Below, in pieces: positions 11,644-24,000 of a stretch of DNA of 64,000 nucleotides. Below the pieces are notes generated by a model. That model searched no databases. It was not told the origin of the DNA and saw only the letters and a list, made by a program, of their open reading frames with translations. Origin of the DNA: Strigamia acuminata (lineage: Eukaryota); NCBI GenBank assembly GCA_949358305.1, contig OX442314.1, positions 1,178,001 through 1,242,000 on the forward strand, written 5' to 3'. Every line of letters begins with the position of its first letter. The first letter of the stretch is position 1. Both the position numbers and the translations under genes were made by a program.

Positions 11644-14600
11644 ATGAAAAAGGTTAAATTTTTTAAATCCGGCCACAGCAGCGACGATGACGACGAAGAC
11701 GGAGCCGATGACACCACCGACGACGATGACAACGAAGACGAAGACGGAGACGGAGACAACGACGACATTTCGTACTTTCCCGGGATGATAGCAGTTCCGC
11801 CTGCGCCACACGACGCAGTTGAAGAAAACAGCGACGACGACGACGACAACATAGCGAACCGTCCGTACCTTCCTGGTATGATCGCCGTTACTCCCGTGCC
11901 ACAGCACACGGTTGAAGTAAACGACATCACAGAAGTATTTCGTCCTAAATTAATCTAAACTATCAAACAAAATAATTAAAATGGAATTAATTTGTATGTA
12001 GGATGTGAATTATATCATTAACGGGCTTCGAGTGGTTCACCCGAACTTCTTGGTGGATCGGAACGAAGTTTATGCGATGGTTGGAGCCGTGGATCCGAAT
12101 CCCAACAGAAGAAACATCGTAATCCATCGGTTGATCACCAAATGGCTGGAGCAACCCGCACAAGCGCCGTTGCGCATCCCGGAAGAAAAACAACCGAACA
12201 AGTTCAACGATTTGATCAACGATGTTGAGGTCGTGAGCAGATTCGTCCCGAACAAGAGCCGGGAGGAAATCCTCGCGTATCTGGAGGCGCATCACGGGAA
12301 TGCAAACCGGGTGCGCGTAGTCATCGGCGAGTTGCTCGATATGAAGGGGATGGCGTCGTCTCCAGTGACGAATGAAGCCCCGAATTCCGGGAATAACGGG
12401 CCGGAAGCAATCGCGTCCTCTTCGACGGAAAAGAATAACAATGTGTCGGCGACGATGGAAAAAGTCAACTTGATTTCAGAGCTCTTTCCGGACGCTGATC
12501 CCGAATACCTGCGCACTTTTTTGGAGAGATGGAAGAACGATGTGAATTACATAAACGCGACGGTTAACGGGTGGTTGGAAAGTCGTTCGTATCCCAAGTT
12601 GGCCGAAGCTCAAAAGGCGGCGGTCAAGCGGAAATTTGTCGAAAGGTTTTCTACTTATTTTGTCCATGTTATTTCGTTTTTAGTGTTTCTACGAACAAAC
12701 CGTTTTTAATGGCTTTTTCATGATTTGTCGTTGTTTGTATTGATTTTTGTCATCATTTTGCACTGAATTTGTTTTGCAGCAAGTTCAGCGTTGAGGAATT
12801 CCTGGAGATGTTCCCAGACCCGGAGAACTACTTCAAAAACAACGACCGAGTCGTGAGTGCGTCGTACAGGTTGCACGTTGAATGCTTCGTCAGTAACCAG
12901 TTCCGATACGCGTACAAAAACGATTTGACGCAAGTGATGGAGAAACACCGTTTCCACCTCACGCCCATCATGAAAGAGATGAATGCGCTCTGGAACGTTT
13001 CGCCCACTGACGGTGAATTCATCAAACAAATAATTAACAAATTGTGACTACCCAGTCTGATCAAGGGCAACCAAGGGTCAAGATACCCTGGGGTGGGACG
13101 CATGCTCACGTAAATAAAGACAAGAGACTCCAGATTGTTGGGTTTGGTGACCTTTAATCCGTTGTCTAGTGGTTGGAGATCTACCGTCTAACTGGCCAAT
13201 ATTTTGGTCATAAATTTCTTTTAATGATGAGGTTATTGTTGTTTTATTTACTTTATTTTAGCATTATTAAGTCTAATATTAGGCTTAATACTACTAAATA
13301 ACAAGTGGAATTAGAAAGTCGCCTGCGCAGAATGGGATGCGCAGTAGGAATTTAGCATCAAGATACCGGGCTTACCACGCGGTTATTGGGCAGTGTGTGT
13401 CAGTGACACTTTGTACCTTTGGGTGGAAACAAAATAATCAACTTACTTGATTAATTCGATTAATTACAGAACCATTAATCAAGAAAAGGAGGGAGAACTT
13501 GAGGAAAAAGAAGGTGAGGAGTCCCTTGAAATTGATGCCGCAACAAATCGACGAACTCTTTTACAAAGAGAAGTTGTTTATCGAGATGGAAGACAGGATC
13601 ATTCGTACAGTTTAGAAAGCAAAAATCGTGTCGTGCAATTACGAGTCATTTCTTTTCTAGAATACAAGAAGGACAAGGAGGCGGAACGTCTGAGTAAAAT
13701 CGAAGTGGCGAAGGCCAACGACGAACTGATGGAGTGCAGTTGCTGCTTCGAGGACGAAGTGCTCTTGGAGGACATGCTGCAGTGCACGGACGGGCACTTG
13801 TTCTGCAGATCGTGCATCCGGCGCCACGCCGAGGTGCACATCGGCCAGGGCAATTACCACTTCCCGTGCCTCGACCCGTACTGCGAACGCGAGTTCCCGC
13901 CCGTCGTCCTGCAGAGTGTTTTACCACCCAATGTGTTTTCTAACGTCGTACGCAAGATGCAGGAGGAGGAGATCCGGCGCGCCGACATCCCGGATCTCGA
14001 GTCGTGTCCTCACTGCTCGTTCTGCGCCATCATTCCGGACGCGGACCTCAAGATCTTCCGCTGCCTCAACCCGGAATGTCTCAAAGTGACGTGCAGGTGA
14101 CGTAGAAATGAAAAAAGGAATAAATGAAATGCTAATTTAGTTTATGAATGAAGGTTGTGCAAGGAACCGAACCACCTCCCGCTGCGCTGCGACGAGATTG
14201 AGCAGAAACCGGAAGTGCAGTTCCGCACCTACGTAGAGGACCAGATGACGGACGCGTTGGTGCGCACGTGTCCCAAATGCAAGCGGCCCATCGTTAAAGA
14301 ACACGGCTGCAACAAAATGACGTGCACGTGCGGCCAGATCTTCTGCTACGTGTGTCGCGAGGCCATCAAGGACTACACGCATTTCGACAACGGAAAGTGA
14401 GTTAATGATTCAAATGGAATGCCAATTAATGAATTAATGCAACTTCAGGTGTCCCAAATTCTCGAACGACGCCGAAATGCATCGGCTGGAGGTAGAGGAG
14501 GGCGCCAAGAAGGCGAAACAAGAGTACATCGAGTCCCATCCGGAAGCGCAGGCGGTCGAGCTGCGCCACGACCCGACCAAAACACCGTTCGCGGCCGTGC

Positions 14601-15016
14601 AGAAGTCCCAGCAACAGTGCGCGCAGGGCTTCATGCCCATGGTCAACGAGCGTGGCCAAATCGCCTTCCAGCGACTCATGCAGCAGCAGCAAGCCCAAGC
14701 CCAACGGATGGCCGCCGCCAACGCCAATGCCAATGCCATTATCCGACCAGTACAACCTGCGCCGAGGAATCCGCCCAGGCCTCCGCCCAGACTCCCGCCC
14801 AGGGCCTTGCCCAGGACCATGCCCATGCTCTTGCCCAGACCCCCGCCGAGGGCCTTGCCAAGGCTTCCGCTCTGGCCTCTGCTCAGGCCTCCGCCCAGGA
14901 CCCTGCCCGTGCTCCCGCCCAGACCCCCACCGAGAACTCTGCTCAGGCCGGTTGCACCAGCGACACAAGCGGCGGACAACGCAGGTACTCGTCGTTTCGT
15001 TCGTGCGTCCAATTAA
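11644..15016 (+). CDS. RNF216: RNF216/TRIAD3-like RBR E3 ubiquitin ligase; predicted exons 11644-11934, 12002-12645, 12780-13012, 13470-13604, 13661-14096, 14154-14396, 14449-15016 (~849 aa; 3' end may splice further)
   Basis: All introns GT-AG and phase-consistent; CUE-like ELFPDADPEYL; RING1 CSCC...CTDGHLFCRSC...CLDPYC; IBR CPHC...CLNPEC...CRLCKEPNH; RING2 CPKC...GCNKMTCTCGQIFCYVC. Confidence 0.85.
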
Positions 15017-16189
15017 CGACAACAATTCAATTTGACAGGCAAAAAGAACAACCGGAAGAAGTGAGGCAACTCGTCGTCGTCGTCGTTCATTTTTCTCTTT
15101 GGCATCCGAGGACGTTGTGAACACAAACATTCTTCATTGTTTGTTCTTTGAAATCGTTGGATTGATTGTTTGATTGGTCGTCGTGTACATAAACAGAAAT
15201 TCTATTTTACTTCTCACTTTTATTTTAAATTCATAATAAATGACCGTGAACTCGATTTGGAATTTGACTTTATAATTATTTACATGATTAGCAATTCACA
15301 TCTTCTCAATTCAATTTGATTTCTGCAGAAGAAGAAGAAGAAGACTTTCAGAGCGATATTTCGTTCGATGCGTGGAACTCGTACATCGATTCAACAGCGT
15401 CCGAGTGCGAATGTAGCGACGAGCAAAGTTGGTGTCGCTCGGACGAGAATGTTTCGTACGCCTCCTGTCGCGTCGACGACTCCGACTCCGACTATAGCGA
15501 CAACAACTTTGTTCTCAATAAAATCAAATAGACAAATGTAAAACGATAAATGGATGGACTGCTTTATTTACTAGACCTTTACTAACAAAACAACCTGCAA
15601 GTAAAGAGAAGAAATCGAGCATCTTCACATTACATCATTAGACGTGTGTCGTATGTAGATCTGGGACGAACATATTTGTGGATTTTGTCTGAAATTAAAC
15701 AGTTTTGATGCAGAAATCAATATTTATCATTTATTTTCAACAAATGGAACTGTAAAGAAAATTTTGAATTTATTCAACAGATGGAGCTACTGTGGCAAAC
15801 CTGGTAGCAGTTTAATGAGTTTCAGCATTTCCTGCATCAAAAATTAAACATTAAATAATGGTGCTGCAAAATAAAAATGTTTGTTTGGTCAATAGCAAAT
15901 TGTTGTGACTTGTTTGATGTAGATGGATTAAATAAATGTTTGTTCACTTGTTATTGCAGTAACTGTAGTTGAAAACTATAACAAAAGCAGAAATTTAAGA
16001 AATAAAAATTTATAAGCATCAGGTTCAAAACTGCATTAACAGACAAAACCAAATAAAAATTTGTCACTATTAAATGGAAGCAAATACAACAAAATGCTTA
16101 AGAAGACAATTCGGCAACATGCATCGTCCAGCTGCCACTCTTCGAGTTTGTTGACAATGGAACCACGGAAGATTTTCTGAGAAAACTGC

Positions 16190-16606
16190 GGCAAAAAACT
16201 CCACACAGGAGCTGGACATAAGCGGCTCACGTGTCCTCAAGTTTCCAGAACAGACATAACCCCGAATATCTTCACCCTCAAATTGCTGCACAGTTTGACG
16301 AAATTCAAGAAGTTGCACAAGTTGTACGTCGACATGCGTTATGACTCGGACGTGAAAATAGCGGAGCAAAATGATATGTTTGATCGAGTTTGTTTGCGCG
16401 ATTTGCGGTTTGATAAATTGGTGAAATTTTCCCCATATGACAGCACAGATCGTTGAGTTAGTTCTGGTTATTTGTTTGAGTTGTTAGACATGTGTCCCAA
16501 ACTGGAGATTCTCGTTCTTTTGCAGTGCTCAGACTTCAGTAACAAAATTGCGCACGAGTTGGCCGACGTGTTGGACGTTCTTGTAAATCAGATTGCAGAA
16601 AGAAAC
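16190..16606 (+). pseudogene. LRR-like gene remnant (paralog of the 31364-32428 exon), target site of Gypsy 2
   Basis: PNIFTLKLLHSLTKFKKLHKLY...FDRVCLRDLRF matches PNIFTLKMLHTLTKFKQLRRLY...FDRVCVPDLRF; in-frame stop present. Confidence 0.8.
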
Positions 16607-17229
16607 TGTGACCGGCTGCCCGCTCAGTCCGCTCACTTGCCTGCAACACACGGCGCTTCCACGGCTTTCGCGCACCTCGTGTGTTTCTCGCGCGCACCTG
16701 TTGCGGACCCCCGCACCAGGTGGAGCTGATGGTCGTTGGCCCGGCCAATTGGGAACCGGAAGTGCCCCTTCCGGAAGTGGTGGGCCCCGCAGAGGCCCAA
16801 GAGAGTTCTCTAACTTCCAGCATGGCGAACGGTCGCTTCCACGATCGCTCTTCCACGCTGGCGGCAATGACGAATCCAGTTGGCGTAGCGACTCTGTCGC
16901 CCGCCGGGACTTGATAGTCCACGTTCCCCATGTCCGTCCTGCGTTCTCCGTGAACGTAGCGGCGACATGGCTAAACGGTATTCCGACCACGTGTGTCATG
17001 GCGGCCATTGGCCGCCGTGCCACGCGGTCTTGTTAGGGACGGCTGTTCGCAGCCGTCGCATTGGGAAATGCACTGGGAGACACCACATCATACCCCTAGA
17101 CATCAATAAAGCTTACCTTAAACTAAACTTGTGTCTCTTGTGTATTTCGGAGTGAATTCTATCGTGTGTGTTGTGTCCAGCGCCTCGTGGCTCTCCCCCG
17201 ACCACGTGGCGACCGTCCAAACACTCACA
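16607..17229 (+). repeat. 5' LTR of Gypsy 2
   Basis: TGTGA...TCACA, direct repeat of 26714-27336. Confidence 0.96.
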
Positions 17230-19378
17230 ATTGTGGGCCCGTCCTGGATCTTGAACTCTTTGCGATTTTTTTTTTCTATTTTCTGGTTGAGTTGATAACT
17301 CAACATTGAATGAAATTTTTCGATCAAAAAGGGGGAAATTTCTTTGGTCATGGTTGTGATAGGGAATCAGCAGGCGAAACGGCCGCTAATCGCTGATTTT
17401 GGACCCTAACTTGACAAAAATTGGTGGCTGTGCATGTCCAGCTTGCCTGGGTACTGGCAAGCCGGGACTTACATTGGCCACACTTTCCAACGGTCTTCTA
17501 TTCCTTTCTAGCTTAGCCTAAAAAACTGAGTGGTTGGGAGGGGAATACAATTCCAAACCTTCTTTATTATTTTTATTTCTTGGTGCGCAGCCCAAGTAAA
17601 AGTAATGGAACAGTCTGCAGCGTATTCAAACTCGATTAGTGGAGGAGGCGCGCTGGTGGCCACCAGCAACCCAATTCCCACGGGGGAGAAGCGGTCATAT
17701 TCTAATTGCCACGCTGCAATCGCTGGTTCCATTATGGGCCGGGCGAGGAGGCGATGTTGAACTGAGCTTTGAGTGACACCAAACTTCTTGTAGGACGTTT
17801 AGTCGCTTGGATGCAGGTTGCTAGCTTAGTGGTCGCTGGCGCGGGAACAGTCACGTGCGGTGAGTTGGCGTGTAGTTGGACCCGAGTAGCAGCGAAGTGT
17901 CCGCACACATGGGAAGACTGCCTTGATTTTTGTTGCAACTCATAATTTATGAGTTGCGTTGTGGCTGCTCGAGGCGCTCATCCGGGTTCACATCGGTCAT
18001 AATCCTACCCTGTCCCGTGTACTGGTTGGAAACAGTTGCAAGTTGGATACAACCCTAGAACTGTGGAAAATTGGGACACGGACAGCAGGGAGAGCTGCCG
18101 GAGGTACGGGGAAACCAATGGTGAAGTGCTCAACTGACACAGAGAGTTCGTTAGGGCGTAGGAACGATATCTGTGCATTCAGGTAGCTACCAACTTTGAA
18201 AAGAGATTGGGAATCTAGCCTGTAACTTTTGCTTCTGAATTTTATTCACCTTCATTGGATTTTCAAGTTGTTTCAGCTTGTTTTCGAGGACTGTGCTCGA
18301 ACCACAGTTTTGGACAATCTCTACAATTTGGAAGTTTGTTTTTATTTTACAACCTTTTTTTGTTTTTTCACTTTATCTTCGATTTTTTTTTCCCTATCTA
18401 TGATTTTCATGGTTCTTTGGGACGCCACACCGGACAGTAGACATCGTTGTAACTGAATACACGTGTTTCATGACCTGGAGGTAGACAGCACCAAATAGAA
18501 GGTGACATGGCTTTAAGTTGGCAGCTGAAGGGTGGGCCCCCAAAGCAACTAGGGACAGGAGATGCATTTCCTTCTTACTTTAAGTGCAGCTGACTGTCCC
18601 ACAAAAAACACCATTTCATTGGGATGAACAGACATCTCAGTGTAGGCACGTTTCTGTCGAAAGGCAGCCTCGTGCAGACTGGAATGAGTCTCCGAAAGGG
18701 GTGAGCGGGCGCGTTTGTTGGTCTCTTGGGGCAGAAGAAGAGATTGCAACAATATCCCCGTAATGTAAATATCTGAAAAAACCTTCTGCTAAAAATTGGA
18801 ACTTTTTGAGTGTATTTTATATTAAAAACACCCAGTATTTTGTGATTTTTTATTCATTTTCTTGTCTTTCTTCTCTGTTTTTCAATGTTGCTGTGCAATA
18901 AAGAAACGGTTTTGTCTGCGCGCTAGCGCGGTTAGCTTTCTATTGTTGGAAACGACGATGGAAATCTCTGGTTTGAAAATTTAGAAGTTCTTTGGACACG
19001 ATTTCGTACCTTTTTTGGGCACAAAAGTCATGTTCTCATGGAATCAGACCATTTTGATCTGGTTCTGAACTTCTAGTTCCAAACCGAAAAATCACTATTG
19101 TTTTTTCAAAAAGTGTTGTTTTTTCTGCAGAAATGTAGGAATTGGAACATTAAAACGGTCGAAATTTTGTTTTTATTTAAAAATCAAACATGGCGACTGG
19201 AAAGACAATAGAAAAACATGTGGAAATCTCGGAATTTTCGAGAATGATTGGAATTTCAAATTTCGACATTTTCTTGGAACTCTGGGAAATCAATTCTATG
19301 AATTAATCCAAATTTTCTACCAATGGGAAACCAGGGGGGGGAAGTGACATCACTAATCCCTCTCTCAGAAATGGCTAC

Positions 19379-21073
19379 TTGAGCCTAATCTCCTGTCTCC
19401 TCATTGGTCGTGACTTAATTCCACTTGTTCACTTTGCAAGCTGCGGTCCTGCTTTTGGTCACATTGTGTCAATGCCAGCGACCAGAACTGGTAAGACCAC
19501 GTGGGACTCTCCTGCACCTAATTCTTCCACACCCGCAACGGATTCAGACTTGAACGACTCGGATAATAATTCGATTGCTTCTTCAAACGACAATATGTCA
19601 GTCCCTAAAGTTAAATTGTTGGATCAAGCGATGCTTGAAACAACTTGCAACGTCTTTAATCTAGTTATTGATGATATGACGACCTACGAAGTGTGGGAAG
19701 ACACGCTTCTGAAAGTAGCCGATCACTTGGTGGAACTCCAAGACAAATCGGATAGCACTATGCGTCAATTAACGCAAACGCGCACGGAATTCGGTGATAT
19801 TAGCGACCGGTTAACTCATGCTTTGCAGGAGTTAGACTCTGCGAAATTATCGAATGAAAGCTTGTTGAAGATGATAGCTAGTCAAAAGGCTATCGTCGAC
19901 AGCGTGGTGGCGGCCGGACAGTCGAATTTGAGGGCACAATCTGCAATCTCAAACACGATTTCTTCCACCGCAACAACACCAGTTGCTGGAGCCGCTCCAG
20001 GCGCAACGCCTACGACTGGTAATCCACTTTTCCTAGCTTGGGGAGACAAGTTTCTCCACAAGACTGACCAGGCTATGCCTGCTCCCAGGCCAATGGATGA
20101 AGTAGAGCTAAGTAAACGAGTCAAATCCATTGGAATTGAAGCGTTTGCAGGGGACAAGACGAAAGCTAAATCTTTCCTTATTGATTTAAAACGTTCTCTA
20201 CGCTTTGCTTTGCCTTATCTAAACCAAGTGCTCGCTGAGCATTTGTTTAAGTTTTTCCGAGGAGATGCGGCCACATGGTTCTCTTCTCATGCCAAAACGA
20301 ATTGGGAGGAATTCGAACATGAATTTATCACCCATTTTCGTCCGAGCGATGCGCTGCTTTTAGCAGAAATTGCTAAAACACAGCAACTGTCTCATGAGTC
20401 CGCCACCCAAGTGGTGATAAGACTCGAGAAGTTATATGCTCAATTGACTATTCCTGTGCACGAGAGCCAGCAAATTCAAAAAGTGCTGGCAATTCTGCGC
20501 CCAGCGGCCAAGAACATGGTCGCAAATGCCATTAATTTGGAGAACACTTGGGCGTCGCTCAGGAAAGCTTGCATTGCTACGGAGGCCGCGATTATAAATC
20601 AGGAAACTGTGACAAATGCAGCAATCATCGAGGCGGCAAAAACAGAAACTGTTACGCCAATTCAAAAAACCAACCAGCAAATGGTAACAATACCAAATGC
20701 TGCGGGTGGAGATAAACCGAAATTTGTTCCGTTTGGATTGAGAAATCCAAACAATAGAACACTGTTCCCTGCGCCTAAAAATGCTGCGATAGCAGCAACA
20801 AAGGCCGCAGAAGGCAACGAGAAGGCGCTAGTCCCGAGCAATAGGCTCAAAGACTATGCGACAAAACCAAGAGTTGGCGGTTGCTGGGGCTGCGGTGGCG
20901 CACACTTTGAACGGGATTGCCCCCTCAAGGTGGAAGCCGCCAAAGCAGCAATGGAAACAATCGCCGCTGCCCAACACAGCATGATGCAGGCTATGCTTGC
21001 AGCCAACGAGTTTGGTGGCTGGCCTGACATGTCGGGAAACGAGGAGTCGCAGTCGACAGAAACTCCCGAGTAA
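19379..21073 (+). CDS. gag: Gag of Gypsy 2 (likely start ATG 19472)
   Basis: Coiled-coil N-region, GDAATWF...WEEFEHEF capsid-like motif, CWGCGGAHFERDC knuckle. Confidence 0.9.
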   Translation: MSLISCLLIGRDLIPLVHFASCGPAFGHIVSMPATRTGKTTWDSPAPNSSTPATDSDLNDSDNNSIASSNDNMSVPKVKLLDQAMLETTCNVFNLVIDDMTTYEVWEDTLLKVADHLVELQDKSDSTMRQLTQTRTEFGDISDRLTHALQELDSAKLSNESLLKMIASQKAIVDSVVAAGQSNLRAQSAISNTISSTATTPVAGAAPGATPTTGNPLFLAWGDKFLHKTDQAMPAPRPMDEVELSKRVKSIGIEAFAGDKTKAKSFLIDLKRSLRFALPYLNQVLAEHLFKFFRGDAATWFSSHAKTNWEEFEHEFITHFRPSDALLLAEIAKTQQLSHESATQVVIRLEKLYAQLTIPVHESQQIQKVLAILRPAAKNMVANAINLENTWASLRKACIATEAAIINQETVTNAAIIEAAKTETVTPIQKTNQQMVTIPNAAGGDKPKFVPFGLRNPNNRTLFPAPKNAAIAATKAAEGNEKALVPSNRLKDYATKPRVGGCWGCGGAHFERDCPLKVEAAKAAMETIAAAQHSMMQAMLAANEFGGWPDMSGNEESQSTETPE

Positions 21074-21088
21074 CTGACGACTGCGCTC
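21034..21088 (+). promoter_or_regulatory. -1 frameshift signal G_GGA_AAC plus stem-loop
   Basis: Heptamer 21034-21040 in the gag frame; pol frame opens after TGA 21025-21027; CGCAGTCG pairs with CGACTGCG downstream. Confidence 0.8.
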
Positions 21089-21096
21089 TTACTATT

Positions 21097-24000
21097 GTGT
21101 TGATTCCAATGGAAGAAGACATGGAGGATGCTCTATTTGATGACATTTCATCCACAGAACCAGATCCTCGCGTGGTTTTTTCCACAGAACCTGAAATCGA
21201 CCATGTAAACGTTGCATTGAAGACAGGAAAGAGTATTACTCCCCTGCCTTACATCAAGGCAACACTAAACGATTTAAAGGTCACCGCTCTGATGGATACT
21301 GGGGCAACCCACAGGTACATCAGCGGGGGAATGCTTAAAAAGCTAAACCTCTTGCACTTTATGACTCCATTTTTAGAAAATCGAGTTGTATACACTGGCG
21401 ATAGGCCAACACGTCCAATCGGGACAATCACGTTGCCACTTAAGTGGCGAGGTGGTGAGCTTCCGGTGACATTTACTGTTCTTCCATCAGCTTCCAAATT
21501 TATACTATTAGGTTGCTCTTGGATTATCGAAAATAAGATTGTTCTCAATCTAACAGAGCGAGAATATTTCCATATTGATTTTCCACATGACACATTTCCC
21601 TTCGACGACCCACCATCGCCTGAAGAACTTGGAAATGCAATAATGGATCGATGGGATGCTTTGGTTGCAGAATCAAAGTCACCTGTTATCTCTACGGCTG
21701 ATTTAAGCCAGAAACTGCTAGCAAAAAGCAAATTGTTGCCAAGACAGAGATTTCAAATCTCAACTCTTGTAAAAAAATACAAACATGTGTTTAGTGACAA
21801 AGCTGGCTGCCACCCCACATTGGAACATCCAATTCCGACTGGAGATGCACCTTCATTTCGATGCAAAGATCGACCAATGAATCCCAAGAAAGCTGAGATT
21901 TATCGCGAATTGGTTGCTGAATTGCTGAGAGATGGTTGGGCTGAACCTTGCGAGGGGAGTTACAAAAACCCCCCCGTGATTGTAGCAAAGAAAGATGGAG
22001 GTTACCGCCTCTGTATTGATTTTCGCTGGCTAAATAAGATCACAATTAAGGACGTCTATCAGATGCCCTCAATTTCTATGATTTTGGCCTGTTTAGGTGG
22101 GAAAAAGTTCTTTTCTACTCTTGATTTAACTAAAGGTTACTACCAAATAAAGCTTAAACCAAGTGATAAGAGGAAGACTGCCTTTTCTACCTCTGATGGA
22201 ACATACCAGTTTACTCGTATGCCTTTCGGACTGTGCAATGCACCCAGTGCGTTTCAGAGAATGATGGATCAAGTTCTTGGAACTGCACAACACAAGTGGG
22301 CACTCGCTTACCTCGATGATATTATCATTTTTAGCGACTCATTTGAGGAACACCTTCAACATCTAGATGACATATTGTCAAAACTAGATAAAAACAAACT
22401 GACAGCTAGTCCGTCAAAGTCATTTCTTTGCCCAGAAGAATTAAATTTTCTTGGTTTCACAATGTCAAATGGGAGCTATAGCCCAAACAACGACAAAGTG
22501 GAGGCAATTTTAAAATATCCAACCCCTTCCAGTATAAAGCAGCTTCAGCGTTTTATTGGAATGGTAGGTTTCTATGCTGCTCTAATTCCAAAATTGAGTA
22601 TTACTCAAAAACCATTCTTTGCCCTTCTAAAGAAAGATACAAAATGGGAATGGTCTGAAGAATGCAATGTTGCCTTCGAATATTTGAAAAATCAACTTGC
22701 AAAAGGAATTATGCTGCCTCTGCCTGATTTCGCACGCAACTTTACCATCCATACAGATGCTAGTGGCGGCGGGCTCGGAGCTGTCCTCATGCAGATTGAT
22801 GACCATGGTGCTTTAAGACCAGTTGCATACGCCAGCAGAACTCTGCAAGGCGCGGAAAACAACTACAGCACCACCGATTTGGAATGTTTAGCTGTGGTTT
22901 GGGCTGTTGATAAGTTCAAACCATACATTGAATATTCTGAATACCAAGTTGAGACTGACCATCACGCTCTGAGATTTCTCATGACAATGGAAAATCCAGC
23001 TGGAAGACTGGCTAGGTGGGCAATGAAATTGCAAAATGAAAATTTCACCATCAAGTACCGGAAAGGCACCGACAATCAAGTCGCAGATGCCTTATCCAGA
23101 GTTTCTCTTGATAATGGCAATCCATTAGAAGGAAAAGCAACTCTAACAGAGATTATAGAACCTGTTGCTCTAGCTTATCTCACAAATGAGATCGATGACT
23201 CAATGTCATTCGAGAACATTATATTGCAGCAACGTGCAGATAAACATCTTTCAAAACTAATCGAATGGTTAGAATTGGATGATGGACAACCTCGACCAGA
23301 ACTTCCTAAGTTCTTGGAAGACAGGCAGTACGACTGCACACTCACTAGAAAAGGAATGCTTATTATTTATGCACCTTTTAAAACTGATTTCTTTGTAGAG
23401 GAAGAAGATTTGGGAATTGGATTTAAAATCTTTATTCCCCCGTCTCTGCAACTCGCAGCCCTCCAACTAATTCATGATCACCCAATGGCTGGTCACGGAG
23501 GAGTTGAAGTAACTTTGGAGCGATTGAAAAGAATTTATTTCTGGCCAAATATGCAAAAAGAAGTTAAACTTCATGTAGCTAGCTGCAATCGCTGCCAACG
23601 TTGTAAACCGATTCAGAGGAAACCAAAAGGATTAATGGTCCCAACCTCTCCAAAAATTGGTCGTTTTGAGAAGATAGGAATTGACCTAATTGGTCCACTG
23701 CCTAGAACTCCAAACAGAAATCGCTTCATTCTGGTTGTGGTGGATTATGCCACTGGCTGGATGGAAGCTACGCCGCTAAGATCTGCTAAAATGACTGCAA
23801 TTGCACCAATTTTAAAACGATTTTTTAGCTGTCATGGGTGCCCTCGTTTCATGTTGAGCGATAATGGCCCCCAATTCATTTCTGACGTTTATCAGACTCT
23901 CTGTGACGATGCTGGGGTTGTCCCAATAAAAACGACACCTTATCATCCCCAGACTAATCTGACTGAGCGTGTAAACAGAAATATCAAGATCATGCTTCGA

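Noticed and set aside
13447..13660. N-terminal part of the 217-aa ORF
   Set aside because: The predicted exon 13470-13604 is read in another frame and the rest is intron
14419..15130. Long alternative-frame and antisense ORFs over the Pro-rich exon
   Set aside because: By-products of GC-rich repeats in the RNF216-like exon
16529..17155. Overlapping ORFs repeated at 26661-27262
   Set aside because: They are the GC-rich LTR read in several frames; the duplication is explained by the LTR pair
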